From positions 1 through 32,274 of the forward strand of contig JALJEE010002501.1 of the NCBI GenBank assembly GCA_023231475.1: 32,274 bases of DNA. Direction: 5' to 3'. Below are positions 23,496 through 32,274 of this stretch, one piece after another; within the stretch, counting starts at the first letter, position 1; each line of letters starts with the position of its first letter. A program made the translations under genes and the position numbers. This DNA comes from Seison nebaliae. Lineage: Eukaryota. The notes under the pieces are model-generated. The model worked only from the letters and a program-made list of their open reading frames with translations, did not search any database and had not been told where the DNA came from.

Positions 23496-25075
23496 TCAGA
23501 AGGTTTCAGCTCCCAAAAATTGACGAGTAGCTTCATATGTTCCATAACTGATGCTGACTGCTGGTGCAACTTTGAGGAAATTGGGAACCATACCACGATA
23601 CAATCCACGTAATCCATATACACGATATATTTCACGAAGTATATTAACTGCTTGAGAGTTAATTCTTCGTTTTCTTTCGAAAGAATTCGTTGAGTTCATT
23701 AATAATCTCCCATAATTAATAGGTTGTTTCCAAAGGAATGAAGAATTGTATGGACGAATATCTGCTTGCATTCGAGTTCGAATTAAAGATAAAGGATAAG
23801 AGATCAACATTCCCGCTGTCGTACTACATATCCCACAAGTGAATAGAATTGGCATTGGTAATTGTTCATCTCTCGACATCGACAATGCTTTATAAGCAGA
23901 TTTCTTCAATGTTTCATAGACAGCCAGATCCGTACCGGCATAAGGAAGTATTCCCATAATATTAGGAATATATCCTTTATAGAAAGCAAGGAAATTCTCT
24001 TTCAAATATATTTGTTTAGCACAATCGAACATGCCTTTGAAGTCACCAGTTCTGCTTAATGCTAATCGCGTTTTTACTACCTAACAAATGAATTGATTTA
24101 TTTGTAAATAAAAAAAATTATTTTAAATAAACTTCTAAAGGATAGATGATTGATTGGGAACATGCACCAGCAAATGACCCACAAATAAATCGTTCATACA
24201 TTTTTATATCTTTCAAATTCTTATCAGCACAAATAATTCGTTTAAACTAAAAATGAATATTAATAAATGATTTTGAGGAAAAAGAAATGAGATATAACTT
24301 GATCATAAAACATAAATTTCATTGCCGTTTCTGGTGCAACTTTGATGACGTTTATACCGTTTCCTCTCCACAATGATGAGTATCCTCCTTCGTTGACGAG
24401 GTAACGAAATCCTCCGACGATGCTGATTCGTTCACGATTTCCCACTGCTTGCATAACTAATTTCAATCGATCGAGAGGTGCAGTAGATGTTCGTGAAAGT
24501 GCTCCAGCAACAGCTCCCGCAGCCAAATGTTTCCACCAATCACCCCCAACAATTTCGGGTGTCGTCGAATAAGACGAGCAATTTCTCCAAAAATCAATAA
24601 TATCAGAAATATCATTGACAGGAACAAGGAGAAAATGTTGTCGCCATTCATCTCGATCGATGTGTAAAGTTCCATCTTTATCAACACGTTTAATTAATTG
24701 ATTAACTTCCACGTCATTGACATTGAATCCGATTCTTTCAAAGAAACTCTTCAATTCATTTTCATCAATTTTTCCATCTTCATTCTGATCGATTGTATGG
24801 AAAACCAGATCTAATGTTTTGTGACGTTCAATAGCATATGCGAAAAATTCAGAAAATGTCAATTCGTGAGATTTGGAAAGAAGATTTCCAGATTTAACGA
24901 ACAATTCGGCATGATGTCTCTTACCGGGAAGACTAAGTGTATCATAAGCCGTCAAAATATCATTCACATCGATTTTTCCATCTTTATCGAAATCGAGACT
25001 TTCGAATATTCGACGAATGACTTGTTTATCTTCACTGTACAACGGCAATACTTCTCTCTCATGTTGATGCATCAC
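23496..25075 (-). CDS. SLC25A25: Calcium-binding mitochondrial ATP-Mg/Pi carrier (SCaMC, SLC25A23/24/25 family), 3 exons
   Basis: EF hands DFDKDGKID, DQNEDGKID and DKDGTLHID; carrier motifs WWKHLAAGAVAGALSRTSTAPLDRLK, YPLEVVKTRL and YPLSLIRTRMQ. Introns 24298..24247 and 24132..24081. The symbol denotes the family, not one-to-one orthology. Confidence 0.93.
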
Positions 25076-25492
25076 CAGTTAATGAAAGAAATGATGACGA
25101 TGACATTTGTCATTGGACGAATAATTTTCGATTTGAATCAAATTTCAAATTCGCAGAAAGGAAGAATAGATTATTGATAAAAGAAAGGGATTCTTTTCTT
25201 TAATGAAACAAAAAGAGATAATGAAAATTTATAAAATAAAATTTTATTGACGAATTAATGGAAATGTTGCGTAAATAGCGATTTTGCAGTTGGCAGAAAC
25301 AAATGATGGTTTTCAACGTTACATTATCCTTTGAATAATAATAATCATTAATATTTGGAAATTTGAAAAATGTGTCAAGAATAAATCTCATCATTTCAAT
25401 TCTTTCATATTTAAATTGTTAGTTCAATTCATTCAGATACATGTGACATATTATATTCAATCGAATATTTAAAAATATCTTTGTTGGAAATT

Positions 25493-28145
25493 ATGAGACG
25501 AAAGAAACAGAACATTTTGAAGGAGAATGATCGAATTCAGAAAAAGATATTACCGAAGAAGGAGAATCCTTTCGATCAGAAAATTATGAAAGTGAAAAAG
25601 AATATTCTCAATCAGAATAAAGGGAAATATTTAACGGGAAAACGAATCGTCAATCGTCTTGATCAACAAGATAAACGGAAGAAATTATTATTGAATGACA
25701 TGAAGAAAGAAACGAAGCAAAATCAATTAATCGATAAAAGATACGCAGAAAAGAATCAGAAAATGAATTTGGAGGAGAAGATGTTGGGAAGATTGAAAGT
25801 GGAGAGAATGCGTCAAATTGAAGAGGAAGAGAAGAAAATGGAGAATTTGGAGAAGAAAAATGACTTTAATTTTCTCAAAAATCTCAATGATCAAAATGAT
25901 GATATTGATGATGGAATCAATTTGAATGAGGAAGAAGACGAAAGAGAAAGTTTATTTATGAGAAACAATTTCTTTGTTTCCACTGATGATGGTGATGATG
26001 GTGAAGAAAAACGTCAATCTCGTGAAGAATGGTTACAAGAGATGATGATGGAATCGAAAAAAGAGAAATTAGATAAGAAAAAGGAAGCGGAAAAAATAGC
26101 TGAAACAATAAAAGATTTGAACGAGAAATGGAAAGAAATTACAACAATTCCCAATGTAGTTATTCCGAGAAAGATGAATATGGATGGAATTGATAATCCT
26201 GATGATTATGATAAGAATTATGTATTATTAGGTGTCGATCCATCGACTCATTCGGGAACATCGAAATCATTAAACGATAATGAATTGGCATTAGAAAAGT
26301 TTCATGAATTGAATCGATTGGAAAATGAGAGAATGTTAAAGAATAAGAGAAGGAAGGAACCGAAATCTCTGGAAGATCTCTCATCCGATTACGATAAGTA
26401 TGTGGATGTGAAGAAAAAGATATCGAAGAAAGATTTAAAGAAAATGAGATATGAATCAGATATCGTCAATTGTCAATATGAAGAATTGGAAGAGAATGAC
26501 GAAGAAGTGATTGATGAAACTAATTTAATAGATGAAGAAGAAATTTTAAAAAGAAGAAATTTGAAGAATTCAGAAGAAGATGATCAATTATATGAAGGCA
26601 ATTTGAAAGAAACTCTAAAAGAATCAAAACTTCTTCCATTTGTCATCCATCTGCCACGAACTGAAAATCAATTGAATATTTTATTAAAAATGTTCCCGAA
26701 TGAACATTCAGTAATTTATGACCGTCTCATTAATTCCAATCATCCACGTCTCTCTGAGAAGAATAAAGATGAATTAAAAATATTCATGTCTGACGTCTTC
26801 TTTCCATTCTTTTTCAATTGTTCCAAATATTTAGAAACGAAAAAATCAATAAATTGTGCTTATCTGATGTTATTCCGTTTATCGAGAATGTTCCCAGAAA
26901 CATCGAGTAAATTATTCATTCATCAATTCCGTCAATTACATTACGAAATATTTGGTCGAAGTAAAACGAATTCGGGTAATATTCAATCGACACATTTACT
27001 TCGAATGATCGTTCCGATTGAACAATCAACAAATGTCACAAACGAATATCAGCAAGATGTTACAATTCGATCATTGATCAATGAAGAATTTGAATTGAAT
27101 ACAGAATTGATCAATAAAAAAATTATAAAGAATTCAAAAAACATCTTTCTTATTTTCAGAACCGTCACAACTGTCTTTCCCATAATGGCTCGACGGCATT
27201 TGATCGTTTATCCATTTATCTTATTCTATATTTCTCTTATGGAAATATTGGATCAGTTTGTGGAAAAGAATGATGATTCTTTAATCGTCGCCATTAAATT
27301 TATTCATCTTTTCATTCATCATTATTTATCAAGTACCAAATGGTATGTTCCCGAATTAATAACTTTGACATTGGCATCACTTCGAAAAATGGATGATGAT
27401 CGTTTAAAAACTCATTATTTTCATTTTAATGTTTTAATGAAAGATTTATTGAGATTGAATGAAATTTATTTAAATATTGGGAATGCTAGTCAAGAAATCA
27501 CTTGGGCATCAACTGGCACTTCATGGAAACCGGCAATGTTGAACGTTTTACATCCTCATTATAAGACTATTCAGTCCATCATCCAATTGTTATCGACGGA
27601 AGATAATTTGACAAAAGAGAAATATTCAGATTTAGTTACATCAATTTGTACTTAAATAATAAAAACTATAAAATTTTTTAATTTATTTCAGAAAGAAAAT
27701 TGTGAGAAGTGGCTGAAATTCTACGATGTCCAACAAAAAGAAATTTGTCGAACTAAATTGAAACTGAAAACAAAGAGTTTGTACGAACAAAAATCGCTAA
27801 TTTTATTCGAACCAAAACTCGATAGAAAGTTTCAATACTTCTCTTCTCAATTCTGTTCCATAAAGTATTTTTAGGAAAAATCGATTTGATGGTCAAAAAC
27901 GATTGACGAAAGAAGAAGAAATGAAGGAGAAATTGGAGAATATGAAGAACTTGAAGAATTCTTTGAAGAAGGAAAAGAAATCAGCCGCAAGAGAACTTCG
28001 TCGTGATATGCAAGTTGTGGCTGGAGAGAAGATGAAGGCAATGATGGAATCGGATGCTAAACGGAAGAGAAAATTGAAAGAGATTCATGGACAATTGGCA
28101 ACTCAAGAGGGCGACTTCCGTCGCATAAAAAGACGTGCTAAATAA
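25493..28145 (+). CDS. NOP14: Nucleolar protein 14 (SSU processome), 3 exons
   Basis: Motifs NPFD, IDKRYAE..EEKML.R, MESKKEK, LPFVI, NHPRLSEKNK, VPELI, FEPKL, LKKEKKSAARELRRD and LATQEG. Introns 27635..27691 and 27829..27874. Confidence 0.92.
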
Positions 28146-28258
28146 ATATTTAACTCTTTATATTTCAATTTTTCATTTCCTTCAAATTGTTTTGGAAAAT
28201 ATATAAAAAATTTTGATGAATTTTTAAAATTATATTATTTGTAAAATAAAAATGAAAA

Positions 28259-29458
28259 TTAGATGAAAAATTCTGAAGATTTTGTTAAGAATCGAATGAA
28301 TAAAATGAGTTCGGTAATTAAGAGAATGAGAATGAAATAAATAGATTTTGAGATTGAAAGAAGAATAATGAAATGGAAAGAAATATAATAAAGAACAGAA
28401 GAATAAGTGAAAAAGAAATTGAATTGATTAATTACTTGGATCATTTGAGAATAGAGAAAAAATAATTTATTTTCATCTAAATGATCGAAGAGAAATTTAG
28501 AGAAAGTTAAATGAGTATAAGAGATTTGAGATGGTATAAGGAAACAATTTGAAATTATTTCATTCACTTTCAATATCCTCAAATAAATTATTAAACTGAT
28601 TAGAAATAACGAATGTTGAAGTGGTTTCAATTCATTAATTGAACGTCTTAAAAATCGTGCTAATCGATGCATACTAGTTGTTGGGTATGAAAATAATTTA
28701 CTGATAATTTTCTGGTAAAGAAATCGATGAAGTGGTGACTGAAATCGTTTCTTATCAATTGGCAATGTGTGTATAAATGAAATGAAAGAAAGGAGAAGCG
28801 ACAGAATCAATTTGTTTGACAAGAATGATAATTCTGGAGGAAAATTCTGCTTCATAATTTCGAAAATGTTATAACTCAATTTCATCTCATTATTTTCAAT
28901 GAGAAATTTATTTTCATTCTTTTGAGACGGAATATATCGATAAATCGAATCGATATTATTTCCTTCTCCTTCATTCAAATGATTGACATTCAGCAAATAA
29001 CGATCATTCAATAATTGCATGTAACGATTATGAGAATCGTCGTGATCCAATTCTGATAATAATAATTTCTCTTTCTTCTCAACAAATTTCCATAACAAAT
29101 CATAATGATAATGAGATTTATTGAGTTCTTGCAAAATCTTATAATTGTTATGAAGAGTAGTAAAATAATATTGAATGTTTTCTTTGAAATGACGTTCCTT
29201 TTCATAATTATAAAGGATTAACGGACACAAAGGAATATTGGAATAATCAATTTGCACGAGAATATGTTTATATTCAATCTCTTTCTCCAAATGATAATGG
29301 ATACTATCCACATACAAATGGTTGATTAAATCATATTGCTTGTTATAGACACAGCGAAACTCTTCCAATCTATCCACCAACAACAACAACGTTAAAAGAC
29401 ATCCGATTACTGTCAATATTGGAAGATAATTCAAAAAAATTTTTTTATACTTCTTCAT
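28259..29458 (-). CDS. Unrecognised 399-aa predicted membrane protein (intronless ORF)
   Basis: A 1.2-kb ATG-initiated ORF is unlikely by chance in DNA this AT-rich. It has an N-terminal hydrophobic helix and several hydrophobic segments in the C-terminal half. Confidence 0.7.
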   Translation of the reverse strand: MKKYKKIFLNYLPILTVIGCLLTLLLLVDRLEEFRCVYNKQYDLINHLYVDSIHYHLEKEIEYKHILVQIDYSNIPLCPLILYNYEKERHFKENIQYYFTTLHNNYKILQELNKSHYHYDLLWKFVEKKEKLLLSELDHDDSHNRYMQLLNDRYLLNVNHLNEGEGNNIDSIYRYIPSQKNENKFLIENNEMKLSYNIFEIMKQNFPPELSFLSNKLILSLLLSFISFIHTLPIDKKRFQSPLHRFLYQKIISKLFSYPTTSMHRLARFLRRSINELKPLQHSLFLISLIIYLRILKVNEIISNCFLIPSQISYTHLTFSKFLFDHLDENKLFFLYSQMIQVINQFNFFFTYSSVLYYISFHFIILLSISKSIYFILILLITELILFIRFLTKSSEFFI

Positions 29459-29558
29459 TTAATTTTCCTTACAATCTCAGTTAAGCTTAATTTGATAATC
29501 CAAAAATTCATGAAAACAGAAAATTATTTATTTATTTCAACATAAAAAATTCTACAAT

Positions 29559-29759
29559 ATTTGTATCTTCCAATTCACTGTACAAACCTCATGACTTCTC
29601 AACGGACCACTCAACAAATACGATGATAACGGGAACCCGATCCCCCCGATTCGTGTGGGCAACGGTGTACTGTCGTTACGCCTTCTTCGTTTGCTGTGAG
29701 CTGCCGGGTATAAAAAATGTTTAATATAAATAGAACGCACTTCGGGAACCATTAGAAGA
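29559..29759 (-). ncRNA. Structured H/ACA-like RNA (~200-nt branched hairpin ending in an ACA box)
   Basis: GC-rich island. The closing stem TCTTCTAAT/ATTGGAAGA is followed by T-ACA-AAT. Inner stems are CTCACAGCAAACGA/TCGTATTTGTTGAG, GGCGTAACG/CGTTGCC and GGGGA/TTCCC. The G-U wobble pairs form only on the minus strand. Confidence 0.55.
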
Positions 29760-29914
29760 AATAGAAATAAATTCATTGTTATTTAAAGTCGAATCGAAAA
29801 TTATTTTGAAAATAAGATTCATAAATAAGTAAATAATATTTGTCAATAAAAATTAAATTTTGAGGATACTTAAAAATGATTGAAGGAGTATTTATAAATC
29901 AGTACACCATGATA

Positions 29915-30205
29915 TTTTGTTAAGAGGAGAAATGAAATAGATGAAAATTTCTTAAATTTCTCATATAAATACTAATGATATTTCTCATAAGCATATCGGA
30001 ACCTGCCAATGCCAAAGAGGACGAGTTGGCAGATCCCTACTACGACTAAGAGAAATTCACAGATCACTGTCCATACATTTTTTTTTAGTATGATCCATAC
30101 TATGAGGAAGGTAACCAATACCTTTGTGGAGCATAGACCTCATATTTGAGAAACCATTTACTTTCACCTAGCTATCCTTATTGAGGTTCGTCCAGCATGC
30201 TCCAT
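29915..30205 (-). ncRNA. Structured RNA region with H/ACA-like hairpin(s)
   Basis: A 12-bp stem GGGATCTGCCAA/TTGGCAGGTTCC (2 G-U) sits inside TTTCTCTTA/TATGAGAAA, followed by ATATCA (ANANNA) and a later ACA at 29920-29918. Further stems are TGGAGCATG/TATGCTCCA, TATGAGG/CCTCATA and AAGGTA/TACCTT. Confidence 0.45.
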
Positions 30206-30530
30206 GTTATCGTCTTGGAACAATTCCCCTTATTAAATCCTTTAATCTAGAAATAAAAATAAATAATCTTTAAAATTTGCATTAAATCATAACATCATTA
30301 ACATCATTTAAAATATTTATGAATTATGAATATTGAATTAAATTATCGAAAATATGAGACATTTAAATATCATAAATAATAATAAGTAATTAGAAACTAA
30401 CGACTTTTCCATAGCATTTTTTGTATTTTTTGCACGACCAGAGATGTTCGAACTAACATCACGTACCTTAAAATAAAAAGAAAATTAAAAGATGAAGAAA
30501 AGGAATTTCATCAAGATTATTCGACAAGTA

Positions 30531-30604
30531 GAAATCAGCTAAATAAACAGCTCCTCCTGATAATTATTCGGTAGAACGAAAGTTTTAGTCGTCATCATAG
30601 AAGC
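30531..30604 (-). ncRNA. SNORD59: Box C/D snoRNA, SNORD59/snR54-like (18S Am1031 human / Am974 yeast equivalent)
   Basis: Box C ATGATGA (30598-30592); guide AACTTTCGTTCT complementary to conserved 18S AGAACGAAAGTT; D' CCGA; box D CTGA (30538-30535). It is intronic, ~68 nt upstream of the acceptor. Confidence 0.88.
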
Positions 30605-30742
30605 AGATTGAGAAGAGAAAAGATAGAAACTAACGCTCTTGACGAACATTTCTTTTGAGAAATAATCTGAAACCTAAATTAGAAATTAGATATTAGTTGA
30701 ATATGATAATATATATATATTAATCGAAAATGATGAGTAAAA

Positions 30743-30846
30743 ACAGATTTCAGAAGTGATAGCTATTTTGAGTACATGAACTCAATGAAATGAGTTTAAT
30801 ACAAGAGGTGTCAGATCTCTTATATGCTATTTCATCATTCATCTAC
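30743..30846 (-). ncRNA. Box C/D snoRNA, target not recognised
   Basis: Box C ATGATGA (30838-30832), D' CTGA (30814-30811), box D CTGA (30753-30750), terminal stem TAGAT/ATCTG and internal hairpin AACTCA/TGAGTT. It is intronic, ~76 nt upstream of the acceptor. Confidence 0.75.
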
Positions 30847-31629
30847 TAAACATAGAAGATATATAAAAAATAACTAACATTTCTTTCAAAAAACTACATC
30901 AGAAATTCAGTGGAATTTATCGGTTAATTTCGAATTCCTGAAATTGAAAGTAAAAATAAGATTATCATTATGAATCAGATAGATATAAGTATAGATCAGA
31001 TTATAAGATATAATGAATATATGTTGGAATATCTATCGTCAACGTTCTTTCATAAAGGAAGAACAGATCACATAAACATTCAATCGGATAATCTAGCGAA
31101 ACTACTAGCATTAGATAGATCATTGTAATGTATCTTCTAACGACTCTAAATTAGTTCGCATACGAATAGGAATAATCATTAACTTTATAATAGCCTGGCA
31201 CAGAACCACGAGAGACTGACTTGGCAAGAAAAACCTCAGAGACCACGAACCAAAAGATTTGTATCTTTAAAGATACACAATTTTCCTAAACGAATTTAGA
31301 AAGTAATTTAACTTTAAACTAAAAAGTTTTAAAGTTAACTGAATGACAATTGTAAAGAAATGGTCATAGAATATCGTGGAAAAATGAGTTTCATGGATAA
31401 GATAGAAAAATTATGGTCTTATAATTACTTACTCTTTATTTTGACACTTTTTAGTCATTTGAAATTCTAATTGGAAGCTTATGACGTATTGAAATACGTA
31501 ATATTATTTTCTAAAGTTTTAAAAAAATTAGGATAAAATCCAATTAGGACTTTTCGACATAAACAATTTATACAAAACGGTATTTTAGAACAAAAATTAT
31601 TTCACTTCCTATTATTCATATTAAATTAA

Positions 31630-32274
31630 TATGAAAATGAACCATATTATATTGTTACAAATTTGGGTCGTTAGTGTACCTTTTGTATAAAATTTAATAT
31701 TTTATTACAATTTGTATATTTTTTAGATGAGGAAGTCCAAACTTTGCATTATGCAATTGAAGGAGAAACCTGTTATAAAAGTTAAATAACTAATTTTAGG
31801 ACGGTTGGAAACGAACCACAATTATTCAATCATATTCGTAATGTTGGATGCATTTCGGACAATAATTTCCGAAATTCAGAAAGTAATTCTTTTCAAGTTA
31901 AGAATTCCATAATTTAAATGTTTTTAAAATTATTCTGTTTATTTTTTAGTTGACTCACTTCACTAATTCTAGAAAATTCTTGGAATCTTATTCTTGAAAT
32001 TTTATCAGGATATTTATGGACCATCTCTCAACATTTTTCAATGAAAATTAGCCAATGAATTGTATGGAGGCCTTTTCCAATCAATCCAATGTTACCAATT
32101 GAAAATTAATATTTTCACTATTTTGTATTATAGAGAAATTGAAAGATTCATCATTTCAACTGATTGTCCAATATTTCAATGATGTTTTAACTGGTAATCT
32201 CGACTACAGTGACATAAGAGTATTCTCGATCAGTCCAATCTATAAAGGACACGGTAAGGACACTTCGGAAGTAA
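31630..32274 (+). pseudogene. Second non-LTR-type RT-related sequence, apparently intron-containing with in-frame stops; truncated by the window edge
   Basis: 32136..32274 translates KLKDSSFQLIVQYFNDVLTGNLDYSDIRVFSISPIYKGHGKDTSEV, which aligns with the left-end RT just before its YRPI motif. Candidate introns 31670-31726, 31897-31949 and 32091-32135 (all GTT..AG) keep one frame, with stops at 31783, 31995 and 32049. Confidence 0.55.

Larger units (their letters stand above)
29520..31256 (-). ncRNA. Multi-exon snoRNA host transcript (GAS5/UHG-like lncRNA, or long spliced 5' UTR)
   Basis: Short exons ~31256-31184, 30937-30879, 30673-30635, 30466-30402 and 30246 onward are bounded by GTTAAT/GTTAGTT donors and T-rich ..AG acceptors. 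The 59-nt exon has stops in all three frames. The putative start is pyrimidine-rich (TCTTTT), the introns are 150-250 nt, and at least two contain snoRNA boxes. The 3' end is uncertain. Confidence 0.75.

Noticed and set aside
23650..23760. Extra segment in the last SCaMC exon as a hidden intron
   Set aside because: There is no GTT donor and AG pair of the local intron size in a suitable phase, so it is treated as a loop insertion.
29552..29776. 74-aa minus-strand ORF as a protein or terminal GPCR exon
   Set aside because: There is an in-frame stop and no AG acceptor just upstream, and no recognisable homology. Its GC content is better explained by RNA stems.
29860..29875. U12-type donor GTATCCTC on the minus strand
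   Set aside because: It is an imperfect match to RTATCCTTT, with no convincing downstream TCCTTAAC branch site.
30100..30175. RNase MRP/P (CTAGGTGAAAGT) or U17/snR30 (AAACCAT) identity for the structured region
   Set aside because: The P4 GTCCCC/GGGGC elements are absent. AAACCAT lies on the strand disfavoured by G-U pairs, and the U17 m1 motif is missing.

Overview
AT-rich, gene-dense window from an invertebrate animal with a compact genome (species not determinable from sequence alone). Spliced protein-coding genes rebuilt by hand: an EF-hand protein, UBA3, RPS3, ANKRD13, an IQ-BTB-BACK protein, an NPF/NPY-type GPCR, a Ca-binding mitochondrial carrier (SLC25A23/24/25) and NOP14. Single-exon genes: a corazonin/GnRH-family neuropeptide precursor and an orphan 399-aa membrane protein. 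Main observations: (1) 28 of the 30 mini-introns (37-61 nt) placed in these genes begin GTT, none begins GTAAG/GTGAG, and several longer introns use GTTAG(T), suggesting a shifted 5' splice-site consensus. (2) The minus strand at ~29.5-31.3 kb carries an unannotated GAS5/UHG-like snoRNA host transcript with a SNORD59/snR54-like C/D snoRNA, a second C/D snoRNA and two large structured H/ACA-like RNAs, one with a weak resemblance to telomerase CR4/5. (3) Both ends of the window run outward into non-LTR-type reverse transcriptase sequence that appears to be interrupted by host-style introns. All gene models and RNA folds were read by eye and need RNA-seq or computational confirmation.
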